DNA of 64,000 nt, taken from NCBI GenBank assembly GCA_003427395.1, contig BFEA01000033.1, forward strand, positions 3,053,913 through 3,117,912, given 5' to 3'. The position numbers and the translations under genes are program-made. This document shows, piece by piece, positions 12,061 through 23,946 of the stretch (positions are counted from its first letter, which is position 1; each line of letters opens with the position of its first letter). The notes under the pieces are model-generated. The model had not been told where the DNA came from and did not search any database. It saw nothing but the letters and a program-made list of their open reading frames with translations. Source of the DNA: Chara braunii (taxonomy: Eukaryota; Plantae; Charophyceae).

Positions 12061-13280
12061 CACACACACACACACACACACTCTCACACACTCTTTCCTA
12101 CCCGCTCGAACTTTAAATTTTTCGTTCTCCATTGCCTCCCTTCCGCCTGTTGGATTCCATCTTTCAACGTCTGCACTCCATCCCCGCTCCCGATCTTCCC
12201 CCCAGCAATCCGCTTTCCCCATACTCTTCTCTACTTGTCCTATCACTTTATTCCCGCCTTTGCCCACGCCTTTTTCTCCTCCGTTGGGATCCTTTTCGAG
12301 CTCATTCCCCTCTGCGTATATGGTACGTCCTTTCCACTCCCCCTCTGTCTTTCGCTCTTTCTGTCTTCATTGCTCTCTCTTTCTCCATTATCTGCATATC
12401 CGCATTTACCCTATCCCCCTCCGTGACTCAGTCCCTTTCGTCATTATCCTGCTCTCTCCTTTCACTACAACCTGTCCCCACTCCCTCCTCCCTGAGCGTC
12501 CTTCCTTCCTGCCTTGCAATCTCTACTTCCCCACCTTGTCCGGATCCCCCCCTACACCACGTGCATTCCTCTCCCTGTTATCCTTTTGCGTTGTTTCCCC
12601 TGAAACTTCACTGGTTCCTACGTCCTCACAGCCAGTGGCTGACATTTTTTCTCCTCCTTCGCCTCCCCTCGATCCATCCCACATCCTGAGCAGCCCCCTG
12701 TCAACCAGCGCTGCCCATCCGCTTCTTCGCAAATTACCGTAAGTTCCTCTCCTCTGACGTACATCCTCCTCCCATATATATATACTTCAGGCCCCTCCTA
12801 GACGTCTTCTCCGTCCACATACCTACTTAACCTGATCGAACTTACCTTGCACGCTTGTCCCTATCCCGACGACTCTCTTTCAGCTTCCTCTGTCGTCGCA
12901 TCCGATCCTGGGCGACAATATCCTGACCCTCTCCTCCTCCTGATCGCGCATCCTCACCATCCCCCTTCGTCCTTCTCCAGCTACTCCAACCCCTCAAGAT
13001 TTCGATGACGTCAAACTCCTCCTTGCCTGACCAGGCAGGTGACCTCCCCCTGGCGTTTCCTTCTCCACCTGGCTCTCCGCATTCACAGGATGATCCCTGG
13101 CTACTCCTTCCGATAGCGGCCGTGTACAAATCCTGTCCCACGTGCAACATAGCACCCCCGCAAAAAATGATGGAGTTCCAGCTCTAAACAAATGGGGAGG
13201 GAAGGCGGAAGGACGACGGATACACGGTGGGGAGGGCAGGGGAGCGGGCGGGGGAAGGAAAGAGGGGGCGAGCGAGACAG

Positions 13281-13512
13281 AGAGGGAGTGAGGGAGGGTG
13301 CACTTCACCACGCCGTGCGAACCCACCTATTTCATTTTTGGGCCGAGTGTGAACGGAACGCTTCACCTCTTCATGCAACACCGCTTTTGAGGGACGGAGG
13401 GAGGGAGGGAGGGAGGTAGAGACGGTGCGCACTTCGCCACGCTGCGCAAAATCACCTGTTTCCCTTTTGGGCCGAGTGTGAATGCAACTGTCCACATCTT
13501 CAGGCACAACCG

Positions 13513-13544
<32 letters not shown>

Positions 13545-14240
13545 AAAGAGAGAGAGAGAGGAAGAAAGAGAGGGAGGGAGAGAGAGAGCTGCTTGAGCGC
13601 AGCCGGACGGCACGTTCGGACAGCCGACCGACGCCATATGCATCGGAGGAAACCCCAGCCCTGCCCCGCTTGCAAGGGTGGTTCGGGTTTCAAGCATCCA
13701 ACGGCCACTGCCATCTCATCCGAAAATGTCACGGCCATAAACCACCAGTACCTCACCCAGTGTTGAAAAAATGAGGGAAAAACTGGCAGTTTTCCCAAAC
13801 TCCTGAAAAGTCGGAGGCCGGGACGGCTGCCATTGATAAATCTGATAGGCGGCGGTCGTTTCGTTTCGGCCATCTGAAAAGGTCGGATGCCCACCCGAGG
13901 ACCACATTGAAAAATACGAAAAAACAGAACTATAGGCCTCCCCCCTCCCTCCTAGGCTTCGTGATTTACCTATTCCCAACTTCATTTTTGTTTCTTCCAT
14001 CCCGTTCGGGAGGCACAGCTACTGGCAAATTCTTGGTCCTTGTGGTAGACGGGCCCCCACAGGCGGCCCCAACCTTGCACCCTAAACGCTATGCAAAAGG
14101 GGCAAACATGCCGAGAGGTAACCTCCCTTCCGCGAAGAGAGGTAGAAAGCTATGCTTGCAGGGGTCCCCTGTATAGCCCTAGGCGTAGTGCTAGGGACGT
14201 AGTGAAAGAAAGACATGTTCCATGACATGTCAGAACGCTA
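13281..14240. repeat. Unclassified dispersed repeat, copy 2
   Basis: Collinear with 752-1662, with an extra segment at ~13735-13900. Confidence 0.75.
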
Positions 14241-14417
14241 CCTCGCCCAGCTAAAAAAAAACGACACGGCCGTTAATGCGCCGCGTTGGGTAGGGTAGGG
14301 TACCTAGCGCCAACGACACGTATCCCCAAGAAAAAAGAGGGGGGGGGGGGAAACGTGAAAGAAAATGAAAGTAAAGACTCGGAACAGAAGGAAAACGGGT
14401 GCGGCAGGGGGGGGAAC

Positions 14418-14448
<31 letters not shown>

Positions 14449-14488
14449 GGGGCGTCAGAGAGTGTCTGATGCCGAGTTTGGTGCCGAG

Positions 14489-14736
14489 NNNNNNNNNNNN
14501 NNNNNNNNNNNNNNNNNNNNNNNNNNNNNNNNNNNNNNNNNNNNNNNNNNNNNNNNNNNNNNNNNNNNNNNNNNNNNNNNNNNNNNNNNNNNNNNNNNNN
14601 NNNNNNNNNNNNNNNNNNNNNNNNNNNNNNNNNNNNNNNNNNNNNNNNNNNNNNNNNNNNNNNNNNNNNNNNNNNNNNNNNNNNNNNNNNNNNNNNNNNN
14701 NNNNNNNNNNNNNNNNNNNNNNNNNNNNNNNNNNNN
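14489..14736. other. Assembly gap
   Basis: Run of N. Confidence 1.
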
Positions 14737-15030
14737 CGCTTCTCGGAGCCTCGCTACTTTTATCACACTTGTTCCTTTTCATTATAGTGATAAGGCAGAC
14801 TTCTCGGAGCCTCGCTCACTCTTATCACCTTGTTCTTATCATTATGGTGATAAGGCATGCTTCTCGGAGCCTCACTCATTCTTATCACCTTGTTCTTATC
14901 ATTATGGTGATAATGCAGGTTTTTCGGAGCCTCACTCACTCTCATCACATTGTTCTTATCATTATAGTGATAAAGCAGGCTTCTCGGAGCCTCGCTCACA
15001 CTTATCACCTTGTTCTTTTTATTATTACTT
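14737..15030. repeat. 60-bp hairpin-forming tandem repeat (~5 units, cut by the gap)
   Basis: Unit gcttctcggagcctcgctcactcttatcaccttgttcttatcattatggtgataaggca. Confidence 0.92.
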
Positions 15031-18000
15031 TTAACGCCCCTTGAGTCATGGGTCGTCCTGGAAGCCTTTAAGATCACGCGGGTCAGCCATACGAGACCCG
15101 TACCCCATATCTTAAAATTGTCCGCCTGATCCCCGACTGTGTTAGTTTGGACTTTTGAGAGTACGTAGGCATAGGTCAGACGTACGGTAAGGGTTAGTTA
15201 AGGCAATCCATCATTTCAGTATCCGATCATACCATGCACAAGTCCTTCAATCCAACTGTGAATCCCATTCCTTATCACTGGTTAGGTGGTCTATAAGCAA
15301 GGGAAGACTGCACGAAGTCAATCCCCTTGCCACCACATTCCGAAAGAAACATTCATATAGCGAGACAGTGACTCGACACTGCTCGTTCTCGCTACGTTTA
15401 TCAGCAATAGTTTGTGATACCCTGTCAGGTTCCTTACACGCAATCATGCTTTTCTCTCCCTAACACAAGCATTTCCCCTTTTCCTTCGTCTTCGGGCTTA
15501 GTTCTGAAGAACTCCTGACTCAAAAGTAACTTCTTTATTAATACAGTCATAGGTAATCTGACTCACGTGAAGGTTATAGGTTTAGGGTTTTGGGTTTAGG
15601 CAGAAGTGTTCGTACCTCACTGTTCCCTGCCTCCAGAGTTCCTCTTGAACTTCGGCAGAGCTCCCGCAATCGCCCTATCACGGTCACTTGGAGGCGGCTA
15701 AACTGACAAAGTACGGAATAAGTGTTTCTTGTGATTGAGATTCGATTTCAGCAAACCATTTGGAAAACACCATTTTCACGTTCGCCGTTTGAAAAGGATC
15801 GGTGTGCGAGGAGATTAGACATAGGAAAAGCAGAGGAGGAGGATGAAAGTAGAAGCCGTCACGTTTGACGACGATCCTCCCCTTTCTACTGCCTCGCACC
15901 CTTCCCACCTCTGATTTTCATCTTAGCATATGAAGTCAAATGATAATAATAACAATAATAGTAATAATAATAATACTGATACTAATAATAATAATAATAA
16001 CTATGAGTGTGAGATCACACAGATGTCAGAGTAGTCGTATACAAACAGCGTGCACCAGCCAAACAGAGCAACATAATGAAGAAATTAGCCAATGCTCATG
16101 CCCTCAGGCCTACACCGACTCAGTATCCATGATCACTTTCTCTGTCCGGCGCCCAATGCCCCATCCTACTCTACTCCACTATCCTACCTACAACTGTGCT
16201 CACGCAACAGGTTCACTTCGATCCCAGTGTTCATGATGTCAATACATTCACCGACCTCTTATGTACACCTTGGTGCCATTCTCTTCCCCCTCTCTTTCTT
16301 TGTCTCCCTCACTGTATGTGTGTGTCTCTCTCTCTTTGTATCACTGTGTATCTCAGTCTATGTGTGACTGCGTAGGTGACTGTGAATTGTGTGTCACCAT
16401 GCCTGGGTGAGTGTCACTGTATGTCACAGTCTGTGAGTGACTGTGCAGGTGACTGTGCATTGTGTGTCACTGTGCCTGGGTGAGCGTCACTGTATCTGTG
16501 CCTACCTGTTTGTTCCTATTAGTGCCTGTTCTTGTTTGTTTGATTTATGTTTGTCTTTTGTTCGATGCTTGACCGTAAGTCTGATACCGTTCTGTCGACG
16601 TCTGCCTGTTTGTCTGGTAGTCTTTGTTTGGTTTCTTGCTGATGTCTGTCTGTTTGTCTGATAATTTCTGTTTGGTCTGTTTGTTTTCCGCTTGTCTGTC
16701 TCTGTTTGTTTTCTATCTGTTTTCTATCTGTTTTCTGTCTTCTTTATGCATGTCTGTATTTTGTCTCTTTTTTGTGTGTGTCTGTCTTGTCTGTACTTTG
16801 CCTCTTTTTGTGTGTGTCTGTTTTGTCTGTACTTGTTTCTTTCTGTGTATGTCTGTCTTGTCTGTACTTTGTCTCTTTCTGTGTGTGTGTAGCAAATAGC
16901 GTGTGGGATATCCAGCGCGATCCTGTGTTGCGCAAACAGAGAGTGGTCGGAGCGCTGAGGCGCCATAGACATTCAAAGTAAGCTTGCAATCGAACTGTAT
17001 TCTTATCTGCCATGTCCCTGAGCTTTGTGTTTGGGCGTTTTGTCGCCAGTTTGGTGGGCCTCCTGTTTGCATACTTGTGAAGAAAATAAGAAAACAATTC
17101 TGACTGCAGATAATAATAACAATAGTAATAATAACAACAATAATAATAATAACAATAATAATAATAACAATAATAATAAAAAGCAAAGAAACGAGTGATG
17201 GCAACATCATTCATACGCGGGCCAGATAGACATGACCTCGAACCAACTGCAGAATAAAAGCACAGTAAATGCTCAGAATTGACAGTGATGGCATAGTCTC
17301 ACCATCAACACACAGAACCAGTGTCACTATCCTACGCGGCAAAGCGGATAAACGACAACGTACTTCAGATATCAACAACATCATACACAAGCGACCAGAT
17401 AGTCGTGACCTCGTACCAACAACGGATTTGCATCACGAGTCCCACTAGATAAGCACACGACAAAAGCTCAGAATTGATAATGTTGGCACAGTCTCATCAT
17501 CATCAACACAGAACCAATGTCGTTACCCTATATGAGCTCGGTATTCAGGCTAAAGACGACAAATCCTATCTTAGGCAAAAAGAGGAGCAATGGCGAACTC
17601 CAGAAATCAAAGCATCATACACGCGTGTCCAGATGGTCGGGACCTCGTACCAACAACAAAATTGTGTCACGAGTCTTTCCAAATAAGAACACAGCAAGAG
17701 CACAAGATTGACTATGATGCTATAGCCTCATCATCATCAATACCGAATCAATATCGTCATCCCATCTGAGCTCGGTGCTTCAGATTACAGACGACTTCAG
17801 GAGAGTTGTTGTCATCATCCTTGGCATTGTAGTTGTAGGGTAGATAGGATCTGCCATCTGTAGTTTGGGAGTCGAGCGCCAGATAGGAGTCGACATTGGT
17901 TCTGTGTAGATAATGATGAGACTGGTCCGACATTGTCAATTATGAATTTTTGTTGTGCTCTTATTTAGTGAGGCTCGTAAGGCAATTTTGTTTTTGGTTT

Positions 18001-18757
18001 GAAGTCACATCTATCGAGACACGTGTGTATCATGCTGTTGATGTCCGAAGTTCGCTATCTCTCGTTTTCCTTGCGAGATAGGAGTCGACATTGAGTCTGT
18101 GTTGATGATGAAGACACTATGCCAGCATTGTCATTCTGAGTTTTTGCTATGCTCTTATTTGACGGGATTCGTGATGCAGTCCTGCTGTTGGTACGAGGTC
18201 ACGACTATTTAGTTACTTTATGATACTGTTGGTATCTGAAGTTCGTTGCTGCTCGTTTTCCACGAACTGTTGTTGTCATCTTTGGCATTGTAGTATAGGC
18301 TAGATAGGACATGCCATCTGTAATCTGGGCGCAGAGCCCCGGGTAGGACATCGACATCGGTTTTGTGTTGATGATCATGTGCTTTGCGAAGACTCGTAAT
18401 GCAGTCTGATGCTGGATCGAGGTCACGTCCATCTGGTCACCTGTGTATGATGTCGTTGACTTCTGAGGTTCGTTGTGGTATAGATAAACAGGACCTGTCA
18501 TTGATAGTCTAGGCACTTAGTGCCAGAAATGAGTCGACATGAGTTCCTTCTCGATGATGATGAGACTATTCCAACAATGTCGCCTTTGGAGTTGGTCGCG
18601 TTCTTATTTTATGGGACACGTGATGCAATTCTGCTATTAGCTCGAGGCGACATCTATCTAATCATATATGAAAGACGATGATTGTTGTTGTATGAGATTT
18701 ACTCATTTATTAATTCGGTTATCATTATTTAATTTATTATTATTATTATTATTGGTA

Positions 18758-18804
<47 letters not shown>

Positions 18805-19124
18805 TACTATTATTGTTATTCGGGTTTGTTTTCTTGCTTATTGCCTATGCATGCAGGCTGACAACAGTGTATTAGAGACTACGTAGATCTGATGACTGTA
18901 GTCTGGGTGCTAAGCGTCAGATGAGATGGCGACATTGGATCCGTGCTAATGATGATGAAACTATACTAACATTGTCAATTATGAGTTCTTACTGTGATCT
19001 CATTTGGTGAGAATCGTAATGCTATTCGTTTTTTGGTTCAAAATCACGACTATCTGATTCACGTGAGTAATATGTTAATTCACTACCGTTCATCTTTTCT
19101 TGCATTAATTTTTATTATTATTAC

Positions 19125-19173
<49 letters not shown>

Positions 19174-19749
19174 GTTATTACTATTGTATGCACGGTAGGA
19201 CGGGTGCACGTGGCATCGGTGTTGAAGGTCGGGGTTGTGAATAATGCGAGAAACATACCTGATGTAGGAATCATGCGGCATTGGCCGTTATCTGCTCATA
19301 CTTCGGGAAAACTGATATCGCCATCTTCGACACTGTAGTGTAGACTAGGTAGGATTGGCTCATCCCCTTCTATCGATGTCGGGCGAGGTCAGCCGAGGAC
19401 TTGGATCGATGATCGGGGTACACACACACACACATAGGTAGTAGTGAATATCTCGTTGCTGTAGTCGAAGATTCAATCGATTTTGCTCTTCCTTGCGATG
19501 GAAGCTGCGCGAGGCCAACCGTGGCCTTGAATCGATCGACCGAAATACTCTCTCTCTATCTCACTCTCTCACACGCCCTCACGCACATACACACGCATAC
19601 CCATAGTAGTGAATATTTTGATGTTTTTGCGGGAGATTCAATCTATTTTGCTCATCCTTTCGATGAATGTTGCACGAAGCCAGCCGCAGCCTTGTAGTTT
19701 TTCCAATTGCCCGGTATGCGGGTCAACGAACTGATCGAAACACTTTCTT

Positions 19750-19819
<70 letters not shown>

Positions 19820-20006
19820 CCACACACCCACACCCACATACACACACCCACACCCACACCCACATATACACACGTAGTAAAGATTCGTCGTTCTAGCGGG
19901 AGGTTCGATTGATCCCGCTCATCCTTTCGATTGATGTCGCGCGATGAATCGATCAAAGTACCCCTTCTCTCTCGTGCTCTCATCTCTCTTTCTCTCATAC
20001 TCTCAT

Positions 20007-20054
<48 letters not shown>

Positions 20055-20155
20055 ACACACACACACACATACACACACACACACGCACACACACACATAT
20101 ACATACGTAATCAAGATTTGATCGACTTTGCTCATTCTCTCGATGGAAGTCGCAC
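14737..20155 (-). mobile_element. Family A giant LTR segment (copy of ~57970-62993), resuming at 32553-32840 after an insertion
   Basis: Direct homology with 57970-61028 and 62890-62993. 17794-19355 is inverted. Confidence 0.7.
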
Positions 20156-21150
20156 TGTCGAGCGCATCGGCCCCCGCGCGAGCGAGGGCCCTCCCGGCCG
20201 CGTCACGCAGGAGAAACTTAGGCTTTCATCTTTAGAGACAACTCAGGGACGACACGGTGACCCGTGTCGACCCTTTGCCGCTCCGGCCGAGTGCGCCAGC
20301 TGTACATCCCGCGGTCCCCTACGACAGGATAGGTTCTCGCTGGGCACAACTTACCTTCCCTAAGGGGCTGTCACCACCCTTAGGGGCGTATCCCCGTCGA
20401 GCTACCGACCCACATGCGAAGGCTTTTATAATGCAAGTGCAGAGGTAGGTCGGCCGAGGGCTTTTGCTCGGTCGCTGTAACATAGGTTAAACGCATTTGT
20501 CCCTGGGGCGTTGATCTCCCCTGAATCGGACCGACTTCGGTCAACTAGGACGTGACGTTCCAAGCGTAAGGAAAACTTATAGTGATCTTAGTCCCTTCTT
20601 TCAAAGACAATCAAAAGTTAGACAAAACACTTTCATGAGACGATTCAGGTCAACGTAAATTGACTTATCTTCTTAAATCGACACAATCATACATGCTACA
20701 AAGGTTGACTTGACCTCAAACAACACTTCTCAACAAAAGATCAAGGCATGACCTATACACAAGGCAATGCTCAAATGACGTCTGACTAAAGTATCTTCAC
20801 TCTGCCTGCCAGACGGTTGGCTGCCACGACTTTTTCGACTTGATGAGACGCGTTGCCAAGTTCTTTCATTCCATACCACAGTGACTGCTAACAAAGAAAT
20901 GCTGACATCCCAATTCTCAAGTAAAGTTAGGTTGTCATTGCTTTAATGATGATCACGCTTTTCCTCTAACTTTGGTGTGAATGCCATTTGCAAGTAGTCC
21001 GGCTACCACAATACGAGCCAGTACTCAACTTGAACGACCGAACACTGAATGCCTCATTTAGGTCAAGGATCCGGTTCCAAATTTTGTTGGTCGCTTTGTC
21101 CTCCTGGGCAGTAATTATTCTTTTTGTTCCACGAGTGATGAAATACCAGC
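20156..21150 (-). mobile_element. Family A LTR, U5 end at 20156 (right boundary unresolved)
   Basis: The minus strand ends ...gcgctcgaCA. It is homologous to the PBS-adjacent LTR at 28872, with TATAAAAG (-) at ~20422-20429 and a GGTAAG donor at ~20350. Confidence 0.75.
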
Positions 21151-22479
21151 CTGCGACATAAAGATATTCAAGACAACACTCTAGTCGCATCTTTTTGTCA
21201 ACTAACCTGATTGCCATAGGCTTGCACTTCCTATGGTGCAAACCTATCCGCGAAGGCAGTGCCTATTCGCACTCCGTCCATAGCTAGTGAACGCACGAAC
21301 TGGGCTTCTTATGGCGCCAACTCCCCATTCGTCTGTGGCTCCTAAGACGACCACTAGAAGGGTAAACTATAGCGGTCCTTCTTAACGTGAGCCGCCAAGA
21401 ACTTAACGCCTTTCGTGAATAACACAAGTCCATCCCCTAGGAGGTGGTTTGGGATACCCCTCGTCCTCGCCCGAGCGAACCTCGGATCTCACAAGTCAGG
21501 CTGACTCCACCACGATAGCATGGTATCCCTCCGCCTAAGCAGTCCACTCCGAGATGTTAACAGGGTCGGCCCCTAAGGCAACGAACCCCCGCCTTAAATG
21601 CCTCATAGGGAAAGGAAATGCACTTACCACACCAGACGGTCAGCCCTTTATCGCCTGACGTCAAGGGCGAACCTATACGAAGAAGGAGATCATAGAGAAG
21701 AAAAACATTCAGATGGAAGGGCATAGACAAAGAGGGTCATTCGGGAAAGAATGGGTAACCTCAGGGAATGAGTCTAAGTCCAATTAAGCCCCTCTTCTTT
21801 GCGGTCGCTTCATGTTCGTCGTCTTCTTTTTCCCTTAGTCTACATGCACACACAAGCACAAAGATGAGAAAACAACCAGTATTTCACGACCATCACCCTC
21901 ATCCATCTCAGTCCACATGTCGTACTTGCAATCAAGTCAAGCTACACATAGACCACCGACAATCCCTTACCATCGTCAGACTCCCCATCACACATCCAAA
22001 CACACATTCCTTTTTCCTTTTTAATGAATGTTCAGAAAACCAGGGTCAAGCAAGTGTGGGTTCACACAGGTGTGAAGGGAACTGAGTCAGGCTATCTGAC
22101 CTTGAGTGAAGCTGAACTGAAGATAACAAACGGCTCACTCAAGAAAGTCGTATAGATCACACTCGAAGTGAGAAGATCGCCACAGTAAGCTGTTAGAAAA
22201 GTGATCCACACCACTTCCTGATAGCGATCGCTTGTCACAGCGCCTTCACAACCACACTCACCTCTCAAAAGTCTAACGACACTTTGACGTCACCGCCTCT
22301 CGTCACCAACATCACCACACCAGTAGTACCACTACTACGTCGATGCGTCACCCCCGCATTATGCGAACAACACAATGCCAATACCACCTCAAGGTACACC
22401 CCCTCTTTCTCTCTTTCTGTAAAACTACCCCGCCGCCTAAATACAACCGCGTTTATGCGGCTGATTCGGTCGGTTGTCT

Positions 22480-22532
22480 GACTGTCGAAGCTCAGCCTCC
22501 TTATGAGTCGGTGGGAATCCGACGAGACAGTC
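22480..22532 (+). ncRNA. Degenerate type III hammerhead ribozyme
   Basis: GACUG-UC-GAAGC-uca-GCCUC-CUUAUGA-GUCGG-ugggaau-CCGAC-GAGA-CAGUC. All three stems and the GUC triplet are present, with two core substitutions. Confidence 0.7.
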
Positions 22533-22849
22533 GCTTTCGAATTGCCCGTTCGTTCCAAACGAACGGGCGCTCACTACAAAAAAACAAAAAAAAACAAAAA
22601 GAAAAAGTTTTAAATAAAATCTAAGGTGAGAATATAAAAAAAATCTAAGCAATATCTTAAGAAAATAAAACAACTTCCATTTATAGGGAAAGGAACGGTC
22701 GCCCGTTTCCACGGGCGACAACTTGGTGTACTGGGGCTTTTCACTTCGAAAAACGTCACATGGCGCAGCACACAATTTCGTCTTTTTTTTTTTTTTTTTT
22801 TTTTTTTTCCTTTTTTTTTTATAAGTCGTTCGCTTATGCCTACGGTCGC

Positions 22850-22916
22850 TATCCCATTCGTGGTGTACCCACAAACTGCTGAAATACAGGCTCGGGTTCG
22901 ATCCCTAGTGGGATCG
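22850..22916 (+). pseudogene. tRNA-like remnant (Gln-CTG-like)
   Basis: Acceptor-like atccca/tgggat pair, T-arm gggttcgatccc and central ctgaa. The D and anticodon arms are poorly formed. Confidence 0.4.
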
Positions 22917-22984
22917 AAAAACAATTGGCCTATTTCTCGATTAGTGCGTGTCATCCTTGCGCGAGGGTCATGCTAATCTCCTCT
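22917..22984 (-). pseudogene. U6: U6 snRNA 3' two-thirds (pseudogene/fragment)
   Basis: The minus strand AGAGGAGATTAGCATGACCCTCGCGCAAGGATGACACGCACTAATCGAGAAATAGGCCAATTGTTTTT closely follows plant U6 from the ACAGAGA box to the U tail. The 5' stem-loop is absent. Confidence 0.9.
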
Positions 22985-23692
22985 ACGCGGCTGATTCCAG
23001 CCGCACGATCTTATTGATCGCACGACTGAAATCGGCCGCGCTAACTTTCCTGGTTGTTCCAAAAAGGAGCCAGCCCGAGGTCGCATACGGATTTGATCCC
23101 CGCATCTGCTGCATGACAGTCTGTGGGGTGACAGTCTGCTATGTTTACCTTCTGGGTTGGCTTCTACTACGGTTGTAGTAGGAGCAGCTCTCCTACTTGA
23201 AGGGTTGTGGAGCCTGGCCGATCGACCCTCAGTAGCACGACCGACTCCCCCAGCTTGGGGCCTTGCCGCCCTCGTCTGTTCGAGGCGTGGCAGACCCTGC
23301 TTACTGGTCGTGCCTTACCGGTTAGCCGCGCTACCCTGGCTTGGTAATAACCTAACCGGGTAGGCCTCCGCACCGGCCAATTGGCCTTCTAGTTCAAACC
23401 CCAACCTCGCAGGCCCAGACTTCCTATTCCTCCTGCGCCGTGGTTCTACACCCGACGCACCCCTGTTTTTAGCCTACTTAGGCCCTGAATCGCTCGACTG
23501 TCATTATTTTAGGTAGACTCAGGGCCTAAGTAGGCTAAAAACGAGAGTCGACAGTCGGCCTAAGTAGGCTAAAAACGGGAGTCGACAGTCGGCCCAACAC
23601 TGATATATATTGTGATTATGTGATATATTTGATGAGATCTTATAAAGACTTCTCCTTATATTGCCTTATAGTAAGCGACGGGGACGTCGCTT

Positions 23693-23946
23693 AATGGGGG
23701 TGGGGAAGGTTGTCGGGACAGAAACCCCTGTAAGGGTTTCTGCCCGAGTTTTTCAAGGTCAGACACTGTCCAACTCTTTTCGTTGGATTTGAGGAACATG
23801 ATGAGATTGACGTTGCCAAAGTTATTCAGACCAACCCTATAACTGAGAGACCTAAAGCCTGACGTCGTTGACGTAGGACGTCATTGAGGTGTGACGTCAT
23901 CGACGTTTGTTCGAAACAACGGGAGTCACATAATCACAATATATAT
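23693..23946 (+). mobile_element. PPT plus start of an LTR with a family-C-like terminal hairpin, interrupted by the hAT-like element
   Basis: aatgggggtggggaaggt|TGTCGG at 23711, then the hairpin cagaaaccc-ctgtaa-gggtttctg. The distal end may be the tgaca at 27174 or 28164. Confidence 0.45.

Noticed and set aside
22985-23070. Intron-containing functional U6 gene
   Set aside because: There is no convincing U6 5' exon or branch site upstream on the minus strand, and the ACAGAGA box is broken.
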